Source: Clostridia bacterium (GTDB lineage: Bacteria > Bacillota > Clostridia > UMGS1840). From it: 64,000 nucleotides of DNA. Where the stretch lies: positions 89,856 to 153,855 of the forward strand of contig JAZQUU010000038.1 of the NCBI GenBank assembly GCA_045631485.1, written 5' to 3'. Position 1 is the first letter of the stretch; each line of letters begins with the position of its first letter. Below, in pieces: positions 18,474-27,431 of the stretch. The translations under genes were made by a program, and so were the position numbers. The notes under the pieces were generated by a model. The model ran no database searches. It saw only the letters and a list, made by a program, of their open reading frames with translations, and was not told the origin of the DNA.

Positions 18474-21092
18474 TTATTCATTCCAATTATTATACACGAT
18501 CACAGTAGTTGTCTGACCGGTTCCTACACTCAAAAACACCTTGGAATAATTCACAGCATCCAGTTTCCTGGGAACTATTTCATCAATGGAACCTACAGAA
18601 ATCTTATTGTTTGCTACGTTCACTGATGTTACAGACGCACCGGCCAATGAGAACAAATACTTTGTGCCGTTTACAGACACTTCTGCCAGGTTTCCACTCA
18701 TTCTCTCAACCGTGCCGAATACTTTTTCATTTGACCAGCCATGTTCACTAATCCATTCGGGACGTTCACTGATTCCAGTGTTCTTCACATAAGGTAATAC
18801 CTTACAGATTATCTCGATTTCATTTTTATAATTGGTGTCGTAATAAATAATGTCTCCCGCCTGTAATTCGGAAAAAGGAATCTCAGTTTGTGTGCGGTTG
18901 GGATAGAGAACCTTGCGTACATTGATTTTGCCGGCTTCTTTTCCCATCAGTCTTAATTCCTGCCCGTTGGTTATGAGCGTAAATACCGGAACCTGCTCTT
19001 CATCATCATTCACACCCACTGAAATCTGTTTAATGATAGCAATCGGTGTGTCATAAGCAAGAGGCATATTGCCACTAGCCCCCTCTTGCACCTTCATCAC
19101 AATGGCATCCGGTGTCATGGTGTCTCCTGCGTTATATCCTGCAACAGTATAAGCTGTTTTATCAACCAGAGACTCTGCGGTAATCAACTTACACTCATCC
19201 GCATCTCCATTCACAATGTAGAATATGGGCGCCTCTGAATCAATGAAAAATCCTTCCGTTTCATACAATCCAAAGATATTTGCCAATACCGAGAAAGATC
19301 GTTCCCCTTCTGAGTAGTCAGGCGTTAAATAGGGAGAATCTGCTTGTGGTGTATAGATTTTATTCACCAGGCCATCCAGATTTGTAGTATACAAAATCAG
19401 CGTATTCGCATCTGCTCCCTGTGGACAGATCCGGCTATATACGGTTGATGCATCTAATTTTCCTTCTTCGTTAAAAACGATTTTTTCTGTGCTTTCGAAA
19501 ATTTCTATCTCGCCGCTCTGCGTAAGCATTTTCAGTCTAATCTGACTGCTAAACCCATTCTTTGGTGCGATTTGGAATAAGTAAGCATATCCACCATTTA
19601 CAAATTCAGATTGTTCGGCAGTCACGATTCTGCCTTGACTGTCAATCCGGAATTGGTAGTTCCCACCGATTTTTTCAGAAATATTGGTCATTTTGGGATT
19701 CAGGCGATATACAGCTTCCCCAATTGTTACCGTCTGATCCTCACTGCTGTATTCCGTAATTTCGCCCTGTACCGTTTTGGAAGATGCTTCAATACGGATA
19801 TATTTCTGATCTCTGCTTTCGGTTACCAAAAGAATATCCCACTCTTTGAGTGAGCTGAACAAAGCAGATTTTCCATCTTTGAAAATTTCAACGATTCTGG
19901 GCGTTGTTCCATCACAGTTAACAGGTAACCCACCTAACTTGTCTGTAACAACGGATGTTCGGGTATTTGCGCCGGCTACCATAGCGGTTCTCCAACTAAA
20001 CACCTTCACCAGATCAATTCTATTGTCGTTGTTATCATCAATTAATACTACTTCCCCGTCCGTGGGAATCAAATCATTTTTCACAAGCTGACCGGAAAGA
20101 ACCTTCCCATTTACAAAAACAACAGCACCATCTATATTTTTGGTTTGTGTCCGGTCTTTCTCGTCGGAATAGACAAACTTTCTTGTGTTGAATGATGGGT
20201 CTGATCCCAAGATATCATCACTTACTACTGTAAGAATCTCACTGTTTTGATTCGCCAATTTGCAGTAGAGAAGTTCCGGTTTTTCTTCTGTGGTTATTTC
20301 ATAATAGTACCAGACATCGCGTCCTAAGAAGTCATTGTACTCCGTGGTAGAAGTGGTATAGATTTTATCCTCAATACTGATTTCGTTCTGACCGCAGGTT
20401 GCATTTCCCAAAAGACTGGAAATAGCATTGGATTGAATCCTTCCCCGTTCTTTGGCAACCCCCAGAGTAATTTCCATGAGCCTTTTGTTCTGACTGGAAT
20501 GGGTTGCTTCATTATTTTTCACTCCGTCAAATTCCATCGCTTCGGCCTCTAATGTGTTCAGTAGCATTTTAGCAACCTGACCGCGAGTCAATTCTGCACT
20601 ACTGCCAATGCCAGAGAGAATTTTATGTTCCGATGCAACCGCCATATATCCTGCCGGGTATCCCCCCTTGGCAATTGCTTTCTGCTCATAACCCAGCATT
20701 TGAACCATAACCTTACTTGCTTGCTGGAGCGTTACCTTACTATCCGGATTGAACAATCCTTCATATCCGACCATCAGTTTCATATTGGTTGCATGGGCAA
20801 TATACGGAGTTGCCCAATAGGTTTTCGGAACATCATGGTAAAAAACATCTTCCGGAACAACTGATTCATCAAAACCCATTGCACCAACACATAGCATCGC
20901 CAGCTCTGCTCTTGTAACAGGTTCATCGAGTAAAAATGTTCCGTTTTTATAGCCCTTGATCACACCAATTGCTTTCAGAATGGCTATTTCTTCGGAAAAA
21001 TCTGATGTATTCTCCTGTGCATAGCTATGAAAACCTACGCCCATAGAGAAGCATAGCACCATGCATAAAATCATAGCAAAAATTCTTTTCAT
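18474..21092 (-). CDS. S-layer-homology (SLH) domain surface protein, function unknown
   Basis: Signal peptide (MKRIFAMILCMVLCFSMGVGFHSYA), 8 nt after AAGGAGG. N-terminal SLH repeats (IGVIKGYKNGTFLLDEPVTRAELAML; YWATPYI...GYEGLFNPDSKVTLQQASKVMV). The remaining ~650 aa look beta-rich with no recognised domain. Confidence 0.7.
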   Translation of the reverse strand: MKRIFAMILCMVLCFSMGVGFHSYAQENTSDFSEEIAILKAIGVIKGYKNGTFLLDEPVTRAELAMLCVGAMGFDESVVPEDVFYHDVPKTYWATPYIAHATNMKLMVGYEGLFNPDSKVTLQQASKVMVQMLGYEQKAIAKGGYPAGYMAVASEHKILSGIGSSAELTRGQVAKMLLNTLEAEAMEFDGVKNNEATHSSQNKRLMEITLGVAKERGRIQSNAISSLLGNATCGQNEISIEDKIYTTSTTEYNDFLGRDVWYYYEITTEEKPELLYCKLANQNSEILTVVSDDILGSDPSFNTRKFVYSDEKDRTQTKNIDGAVVFVNGKVLSGQLVKNDLIPTDGEVVLIDDNNDNRIDLVKVFSWRTAMVAGANTRTSVVTDKLGGLPVNCDGTTPRIVEIFKDGKSALFSSLKEWDILLVTESRDQKYIRIEASSKTVQGEITEYSSEDQTVTIGEAVYRLNPKMTNISEKIGGNYQFRIDSQGRIVTAEQSEFVNGGYAYLFQIAPKNGFSSQIRLKMLTQSGEIEIFESTEKIVFNEEGKLDASTVYSRICPQGADANTLILYTTNLDGLVNKIYTPQADSPYLTPDYSEGERSFSVLANIFGLYETEGFFIDSEAPIFYIVNGDADECKLITAESLVDKTAYTVAGYNAGDTMTPDAIVMKVQEGASGNMPLAYDTPIAIIKQISVGVNDDEEQVPVFTLITNGQELRLMGKEAGKINVRKVLYPNRTQTEIPFSELQAGDIIYYDTNYKNEIEIICKVLPYVKNTGISERPEWISEHGWSNEKVFGTVERMSGNLAEVSVNGTKYLFSLAGASVTSVNVANNKISVGSIDEIVPRKLDAVNYSKVFLSVGTGQTTTVIVYNNWNE

Positions 21093-21105
21093 CCTACACA
21101 CCTCC

Positions 21106-22830
21106 TTAATTCAATTGCAAAAGCTGATATATCATTTTGGCAGACTGGGCACGGGTTGTTGACCCAAAAGGATTAAATCTGCCATTTTCATCGCCATTGA
21201 TAATCGTGCCGGATATGGTTGTTACCGCTTCTTTAGCAAATCCGGATATCATATCGTTATCTACAAATTCCATACTTCCGGAAAGGTTTTTTCCAAGTAT
21301 TTTGGTGCAACGGTATATCATCGTTGCAGCTTCTTCACGGGTAATCTGTTCTCCGCTACCAAAATAATCACCCTTGCCGTTTACAATACCGTTTTCATAA
21401 GCACTCGCTACATAAGGATAATACCAGCTGTTTTCTGTCACATCGATAAAAGCACATTGGCTGTTTTCATTATATAACCCCATCGCCAACACCAGAATTT
21501 TTACAAATTCTTCTCTGCTGACCGATTTATCCGGTTGAAAACTACCGTCTGGATATCCACTGAGAACACCTTTCCCAGTCAAATCATTAATTGCAGGAGA
21601 AGCCCAATGTGCATTTGACACATCGCTGAATTTTATCGGTTCTGTTGCTTCAGGAGTCGGTATGGGAGCCACGACGCTCACGCCTCCTCCACCTCCACCG
21701 CCAATATTCTCTTGCGGTCTGGAATACTTGGTAATCAATGTGGTAAGCTGACTTTTGACACTGGATTTATCGGTAAAATTGATTAAAACGAATTCCCGAA
21801 GCAAGTTGGTTCGTTTTGCATCTGATAATTGGTTCAACCGACTCAAATCAGTAAGATTCAGTTCTGTTTGATAAGCTGTGAGAACATCATCTACCGTTTG
21901 CCAGTCTGCTGTATTTACACTAGATAGAATGACACTGTCCCCAAAAACCGTACGCGCTTCCGTCAAGGAGGAAATTGCTCTCAATTTGGAGAGTACAAAC
22001 TGTAACGGAGCCTTATCCCCACTGTTATATAAGAATTTCAGGTAGGTATATCCGTAGGACCCGCTTAAATCAAGCGCAAGTCTCGGATCATTTGCTTCGA
22101 TAATTGCAATCAGCTCCGCCTCCGAGGCATCTTTTATGCTTTGCAGAAAACTAGCGTCCTCTCTCTCGGAAATTTCTTCCTCTGCTCTTTGTTCAATCGC
22201 CGATTTTAATGTATTAATAATTGTCGTTACATTTGGAAAGGTTTGCCCAGCAACAGAAGCATGAACCGGTGTTTTGTTATTTAGTTGATGATACAAGGTT
22301 AAATCTAAACCAAGATAATTGTTTAACGGCTTATCATTAATCAGTATTTCACCTGATAGCAATTTCCCCACTGTATCTGCAGATGCTGTTGCTATCGTTG
22401 TGATGATTGTGTTTTCTATGGTTTCTGTTGGAAATAAAAACACTTGTGACTGTTTCTGAGTGTATGCTACATACACAATATGTTCATTCTCATTCCAAGT
22501 TGTCAACGGAAGACAAGTAACAGAAAAGCTTCCTTGCTGATCTGTTGTGCTCTGAATAAAAAAGTCCACATTGGTCAAAAAATTCTCATTCGTGATGCTA
22601 CCGAGAGAAACAGAGCTATCTTTTAAAATGAGAAGAAAAAAATTCGTTTCTGCATTGACCGGCAACCGTCCGCATATTACCACGGTTCCCGCAGTTGTAT
22701 CAGGAACCACATTGATGGAAATAGTTTCCCCGCTATCTGTCAAAGCTGTGATGTCGCTTGCATATATAAGATTTGTAAATAAAAGTGTCAACGTGAGTGA
22801 CAACAAAATAATCTTCTTCCATATTTGCAT
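21106..22830 (-). CDS. SLH-domain surface protein (C-terminal SLH triplet), function unknown
   Basis: Start at the ATG at 22830 after GGAGG. Signal peptide, GGGGGG linker, then FSDVSNAHWASPAINDLTGKGVLSGYPDGSFQPDKSVSREEF and two further SLH repeats. Confidence 0.7.
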   Translation of the reverse strand: MQIWKKIILLSLTLTLLFTNLIYASDITALTDSGETISINVVPDTTAGTVVICGRLPVNAETNFFLLILKDSSVSLGSITNENFLTNVDFFIQSTTDQQGSFSVTCLPLTTWNENEHIVYVAYTQKQSQVFLFPTETIENTIITTIATASADTVGKLLSGEILINDKPLNNYLGLDLTLYHQLNNKTPVHASVAGQTFPNVTTIINTLKSAIEQRAEEEISEREDASFLQSIKDASEAELIAIIEANDPRLALDLSGSYGYTYLKFLYNSGDKAPLQFVLSKLRAISSLTEARTVFGDSVILSSVNTADWQTVDDVLTAYQTELNLTDLSRLNQLSDAKRTNLLREFVLINFTDKSSVKSQLTTLITKYSRPQENIGGGGGGGVSVVAPIPTPEATEPIKFSDVSNAHWASPAINDLTGKGVLSGYPDGSFQPDKSVSREEFVKILVLAMGLYNENSQCAFIDVTENSWYYPYVASAYENGIVNGKGDYFGSGEQITREEAATMIYRCTKILGKNLSGSMEFVDNDMISGFAKEAVTTISGTIINGDENGRFNPFGSTTRAQSAKMIYQLLQLN

Positions 22831-22939
22831 TACGGATACCTCCAAAAATATACATTTTATATATTAAGTTTAACAGAACTCCGTTTCTGTGTCCACCGGA
22901 AAAAAAATGAAATTTCCTTGAATTTATAACAGAATAAAA

Positions 22940-22970
22940 TTTTATAGGTTTCATAAATTTTTATAGGTTT
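22940..22970. promoter_or_regulatory. two direct repeats (ttttataggttt, 19-bp offset) upstream of the SLH/ABC/lyase operon; candidate AraC-type operator
   Basis: ttttataggttt occurs at 22940-22951 and 22959-22970, each preceded by aaatt. The repeats lie between the regulator's terminator and the operon start. Confidence 0.35.
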
Positions 22971-22982
22971 TTCCATAAAAAA

Positions 22983-23012
22983 TGCGCCATTCTGCAAAGA
23001 ATGGCGCATTTT
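22983..23012 (-). terminator. rho-independent terminator of the AraC-family regulator gene
   Basis: aatgcgccattc pairs with gaatggcgcatt, a perfect 12-bp stem with a 6-nt loop. T-run follows on the minus strand. Confidence 0.75.
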
Positions 23013-23018
23013 GCCTAT

Positions 23019-25181
23019 TTATCTATTCAGTTTTCTGTATTGCCCCGGCGTGGTTCCATACTTAGCCTTGAACAGTTTCGTAAAGTAGGTTTCATTGGAA
23101 TATCCAATCTGTTCAGCTATCTCCGACATTGAGAATTTTGTACTGCAAAGAAGTTCAGTTGCCTTTTCCAATTTTTTATCCGCCAGGAAAGTTGAAAAAT
23201 TCGTTCCTGTTTCATCCTTAAAAATTCTGCTGAGATATGTCGGACTGATATTCATCGCATCGGCAACGCTGTTTAAAGAAATATTTTTTCCGATATTAGA
23301 AACAACATACTCCTCCACTCTCCCTATCAAACGCCCCTGCCTATCAGACGTTTTTACAGAATCTTTTTTGAATGTTTCCAAAGCGAAACCAAAACGGATT
23401 TCATATTCATCTACAGTTTTCACCGGATCAGAATCAGCAAGCAACTCTGAAATTTCTACATTTCCACTAAGCTTTCCTTTTTCTTTGCCAATTCTATAAA
23501 TAACAGATTGTATTTGAAAAAGGAGTCCTTTTGCCGTTGCAACTGAATATTTCCCCTCGCGTATTGCAGAAATAATCTTTTCAACCTCTTCAGAAAATTC
23601 ATCAATTTGCCCCATCCGAAGCCGTTTTTCCAAGTCACTTTGCTCTTTTGCAGAAAGCATCTCAAAATCATTGCCCCATTTTTTCAGATCGTCGAATGTG
23701 AATATACAGCCATATCCAAAAATATAGCGATATTCCAACAACTGATATACAGAATCGCTCATGCTTCTGATTTTTTGAATACGATCCACATCATCGCTGA
23801 TTACAATATTAAAAGAAATTCCGATGTTTTCCTTTAATTTTCTTAGCAGAGTCTCACCCAATGCAAGAACCTCTTCTTTCGAGATGTCGGTATTATAAAT
23901 CACCGCAACTTGTGATAACGTTTCTGATGCACACATCACAGTGCCATATTCTGACAGTATCTCTTTGACATTTTCTTTGGAAACTTTGGCGATATTCTTC
24001 TTTTCTGTAAAGTAAATATCATTCAAAGCAAGATGCGAAGCCTCAAGCATTAAAACATAAAATTTCTTTTGTTCAAATTGCGCATCCAAAATCGAACGGC
24101 GAGTGGTAATATCCTCATCTTCGCTGAGATTGCCGTGCACAATATCGTGAACAAACTTCCCCTCTAAGAAGGTTGCATTTTTTAACATCGGCTTCGTTAA
24201 CCAACGGCTGATGTAGCGTGAACTAACAAACACAATCACCAACATTCCAAACATAATCAAAAGACTATAAATTTGTAAAATCTGGAGTCGGTCGGCATAT
24301 GCTTGCTTCGAAAACAAAACGGCATATCTCATATTGCTTTTTTGAGATTTCACCCACACGACGTCTTGCTTCTCTGCGTTAATCTCCATAGAAAATGTGC
24401 CGTCATCCTGTTCAAACATCCGATGATCAAATTGAAGAGTGCCTTGTTTGAGTACATTCTTATCGCTGTGAGACAATAATGTTCCATCCTCAGAAATAAC
24501 AGCTATATTACCACTTTTGGCAAATTTATTATTGACTTCCTTAACCACCTTGTCAGAATCAATATTGATAGCAACAAAGCCATCATAATTATCATAACTC
24601 ATTGCAGGAATTAACTGCACATAGGTGATAATATCATTGCGATTCTGAGCAGGGGAAATCCAAAACTGACGTTTATTGCCCTTCTTGATTATTTGATAAA
24701 TATCAGCGATATTGCCATAGCTGTCATACCGCGCTGTTTGAGTCAAACCTTCGTTGGAACTGATTACAGCATCATTCTTTAAGCTATAAATGCAAATGGA
24801 ATCCATAAATGAATTTTTGTTTTCAATATTCGCCATAAAATCAATCAAATAATAATAAGATTTCATAGAGCAGTTATCATTTTTAAAAAAATCCTGCAAC
24901 CGCTGATCATTTTCAATATCGATGAAGTTATCGTTTATGACTGTTTGAATATTTTCTAAAATATACATATCAACATATGTCGCTAACTGCGATAAAACTC
25001 CCAAATTAGCGTTATAAACTTCTTTTTTTACAATGTCATTTGCGCCCGCAAACAAACCTGCAGAAACCAATATTACGATACTCAAAGAAAACGCCATAAT
25101 AATGGCAGTAACTCTTTTTAAATATCTGTTTTCATTTGTAATTCTAAATGGAATCTTCCAGCGGAAACGATTATTTTTCAT
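23019..25181 (-). CDS. transmembrane one-component sensor/AraC-family transcriptional regulator
   Basis: Two TM segments (aa ~25-47 and ~300-320) bracket a ~250-aa extracytoplasmic domain. C-terminal AraC HTH pair (ISPTYLSRIFKDETGTNFSTFL...IAEQIGYSNETYFTKLFKAKYGTTPGQYR). Confidence 0.8.
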   Translation of the reverse strand: MKNNRFRWKIPFRITNENRYLKRVTAIIMAFSLSIVILVSAGLFAGANDIVKKEVYNANLGVLSQLATYVDMYILENIQTVINDNFIDIENDQRLQDFFKNDNCSMKSYYYLIDFMANIENKNSFMDSICIYSLKNDAVISSNEGLTQTARYDSYGNIADIYQIIKKGNKRQFWISPAQNRNDIITYVQLIPAMSYDNYDGFVAINIDSDKVVKEVNNKFAKSGNIAVISEDGTLLSHSDKNVLKQGTLQFDHRMFEQDDGTFSMEINAEKQDVVWVKSQKSNMRYAVLFSKQAYADRLQILQIYSLLIMFGMLVIVFVSSRYISRWLTKPMLKNATFLEGKFVHDIVHGNLSEDEDITTRRSILDAQFEQKKFYVLMLEASHLALNDIYFTEKKNIAKVSKENVKEILSEYGTVMCASETLSQVAVIYNTDISKEEVLALGETLLRKLKENIGISFNIVISDDVDRIQKIRSMSDSVYQLLEYRYIFGYGCIFTFDDLKKWGNDFEMLSAKEQSDLEKRLRMGQIDEFSEEVEKIISAIREGKYSVATAKGLLFQIQSVIYRIGKEKGKLSGNVEISELLADSDPVKTVDEYEIRFGFALETFKKDSVKTSDRQGRLIGRVEEYVVSNIGKNISLNSVADAMNISPTYLSRIFKDETGTNFSTFLADKKLEKATELLCSTKFSMSEIAEQIGYSNETYFTKLFKAKYGTTPGQYRKLNR

Positions 25182-25205
25182 AATAACCTGCCCTCATTTT
25201 TCACA

Positions 25206-25322
25206 TTATGATTCTCTTTTCTCCCCTTTTAATGCTTTTTCCAAAGAATCATAAGGGATATAGTATGCCCTTTGGGGTTCTCTGTTTTCACTGATTGTAC
25301 CCAATCGTTCGTATACTCTCAT
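25206..25322 (-). pseudogene. N-terminal fragment (38 codons) of a GH2 beta-galactosidase-like gene
   Basis: Minus-strand translation is MRVYERLGTISENREPQRAYYIPYDSLEKALKGEKRES*. The ENRxPxRAYxIPY pattern is the usual N-terminus of GH2 enzymes. The frame stops 25 nt before the regulator start. Confidence 0.45.
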
Positions 25323-25487
25323 AAGATATCCTCACATTATTTGATATAGCCGGTAATACCTACCGAAACTTCCTGACCAAAAGTGAAAGTCTTCTGAATA
25401 GAAGGCCCATCAGAAGCATTTGCATGAAAGCCATGACTCAATTATACCATACTCACTGTAAATTGTCAATTTCCTCAATTCCAAAAA

Positions 25488-25625
25488 ACGATGTTTTTTG
25501 ATTTTCTACCAAAATGTCCTTTGGCTTTACCGCTTTTCATCCTTCAGTTGTTCGTTCTGCCAAGACACCTCTTTCGAACTGCGACAAGCCGGATATGACA
25601 GTAAATAACAATGGATGCTGAACAT
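25488..25625 (-). pseudogene. serine recombinase (resolvase/invertase) fragment, frameshifted
   Basis: Minus strand reads ...FTVISGLSQFERGVLAERTTEG* and continues in another frame as MKSGKAKGHFGRKSKN. This matches the resolvase pattern (AxFERxxIxERTxxGLxxAKAxGxxxGRK). No catalytic N-terminal domain remains. Confidence 0.55.
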
Positions 25626-25941
25626 CTCATCGAAAACTCATTACAGACAAAACAACAGAAACAACATAAATAAGGATCAATCAGTTTCCCGATTCATGTC
25701 ATTTCAATTGTAAAAATACGGAATATCAACTAATTCAAGATAAAAAAATGCCAAAATATTCCTCAATTTTCCTTTAATAAACCCATCATAGTATAATTCA
25801 TAATATCAAAACATCTCCGCCCCCTTATTGTAACACATTCTCACAAGCCATTCCCAACTGTTTTGCATCCAAAAATCAAAAGTACAATAAAAATTACTTC
25901 TAGAGCTTCATCCCCATCACTTTCCTCACAATTCAACAGCT

Positions 25942-26250
25942 TCACTCCGAAAACTGCAGAAGTTTTTTAATTTCTTGTCTTTTATAATCCGGAAGAGCAT
26001 GGGAATAAACATTTCCGGTAAGTAAAATAGAGGAATGCCCCAAAAACTGTTGCAATGCTTTTAAGGATGCGCCGCCCTCTAAACAACGAGTTGCAAAACT
26101 GTGGCAGAGTGTATGGGGTGTCACACCTTCCAACCCGCTGTTTTTCAATACTCTTGCCAAACTTCTGTTATAATTTGTGGGGATGTACGCCTGGGCTTAC
26201 GATGAAGACGGTTGGCCCAGCGGATTCGGAAATGGTTTGGTTAACGAAAA
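25942..26250 (-). pseudogene. tyrosine recombinase/integrase C-terminal fragment, frameshifted and 5'-truncated
   Basis: Reads ...IPTNYNRSLARVLKNSGLEGVTPHTLCHSFATRCLEGGASLKALQQFLGHSSILLTGNVYSHAL, i.e. box II with the HxxR, H and catalytic Y. Upstream similarity (GPTVFIVSPG) lies in a different frame. No N-terminal domains remain. Confidence 0.7.
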
Positions 26251-26329
26251 AGGAATTAAATACTAGCAAAAATATTTAACACACGAAAAATTTAACGGCA
26301 CAAAAAAATAAAACTAAAAACCGATGCCA

Positions 26330-26377
26330 ATCGTTGCATAATGGGTCATAACGTCCCAAAATGCAACGATTTTTTTA
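26330..26377. terminator. hairpin plus T-run downstream of the GATase gene
   Basis: atcgttgcat (26330-26339) pairs with atgcaacgat (26361-26370), a perfect 10-bp stem with a 21-nt loop. ttttttt follows on the plus strand and an A-rich run lies before it. Confidence 0.4.
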
Positions 26378-26478
26378 TTGATACTAACTGCTGTTGTTGT
26401 TATTTTTATGGTTCCAGGCATCTACCAGAATTTCAATTATTGCCACCAACACCAGCTTGATATATCTCATCTTATCTT

Positions 26479-27429
26479 TTATATCTCACCTCCAAACCCA
26501 CAGTAAAGGTATTCTTCAATTTCATCCAGCTCCCAACCTGAGGCAATCACTCTGTCCACATCGTCGGGAGTATAGCCCTGGAATCTTGCGATTGATTTTA
26601 AGTCACGGATATACTCATCCTTTGTGTCATAACCAATATCGCCCCAACCCCAGGAAGAATATGATCCGTAGCTCCACCATTCTCTGCCGCTGTAAGAACT
26701 GTATCGGAAGGTATTACGCTCTAAATTACCGTCAGAGCGTATTTTCAATATTTCTCCCCTGGCAATTTCCACAGTCTGAAATTCGCCTCGTTGCAAGGCG
26801 TAAAATAAAGGCGGATAGTCTATCAATGCTTTATAGAGAATCTCATCTGTTGAGGCGTAAACATAGACCTTCAGCTTCGGAAAATGCAGGATAGATAACG
26901 GACTGTCCCCTTTCACCAGCCAGATATTATTTTTATCATCCAGCAACGAATAGGAAAAGCTGCCCTCTGTTTTCTCTGCCATATACTTAATACTGTCACA
27001 ATTAAAATATCGTTGACTCTCAATCAGTTGGACACCGATGTAGCTATCCGTTTCAATCTTCGTTTTGGGAAGCTTATGCTCCTTTCTTAACGTCTTGTCG
27101 TTATAGAGTACTCCGTTATGAGCAAAGGCAAACTTGGAGTTAATACATCTGCCGAAAAAAGGATGGTTATTCCGATTGTTTTTCTCACTTCCCTGAGTGC
27201 TGTGACGTGTGTGACCGATCAAAGCGATCAGACAATCTGTATGATTAAATTTCAGCTTAAATGCCGATTTATTTTCCTTTGCGATTGTGATACCGGTGGG
27301 GTTACAATATGCAATTCCTGTAGCATCCGTACCTCTGACGGCTGACTGCTCTGCCAGAGCGTTAGTCAGAGCTGAAAGATTATTCATTTTCTCTCCGTTG
27401 TAATTTAAAAAGCCAAATAAACCACACAT
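26479..27429 (-). CDS. class-II (Ntn) glutamine amidotransferase-fold protein
   Basis: MCGLFGF N-terminus (Cys2 nucleophile), GHTRHSTQG, NNHPF, AHNGVLYN. W/Y/S-rich segment SSYSGREWWSYGSYSSWGWGDIGY. The start lies 2 nt after the ligase stop, behind AGGGAGGG. Confidence 0.75.
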   Translation of the reverse strand: MCGLFGFLNYNGEKMNNLSALTNALAEQSAVRGTDATGIAYCNPTGITIAKENKSAFKLKFNHTDCLIALIGHTRHSTQGSEKNNRNNHPFFGRCINSKFAFAHNGVLYNDKTLRKEHKLPKTKIETDSYIGVQLIESQRYFNCDSIKYMAEKTEGSFSYSLLDDKNNIWLVKGDSPLSILHFPKLKVYVYASTDEILYKALIDYPPLFYALQRGEFQTVEIARGEILKIRSDGNLERNTFRYSSYSGREWWSYGSYSSWGWGDIGYDTKDEYIRDLKSIARFQGYTPDDVDRVIASGWELDEIEEYLYCGFGGEI

Positions 27430-27431
27430 AA

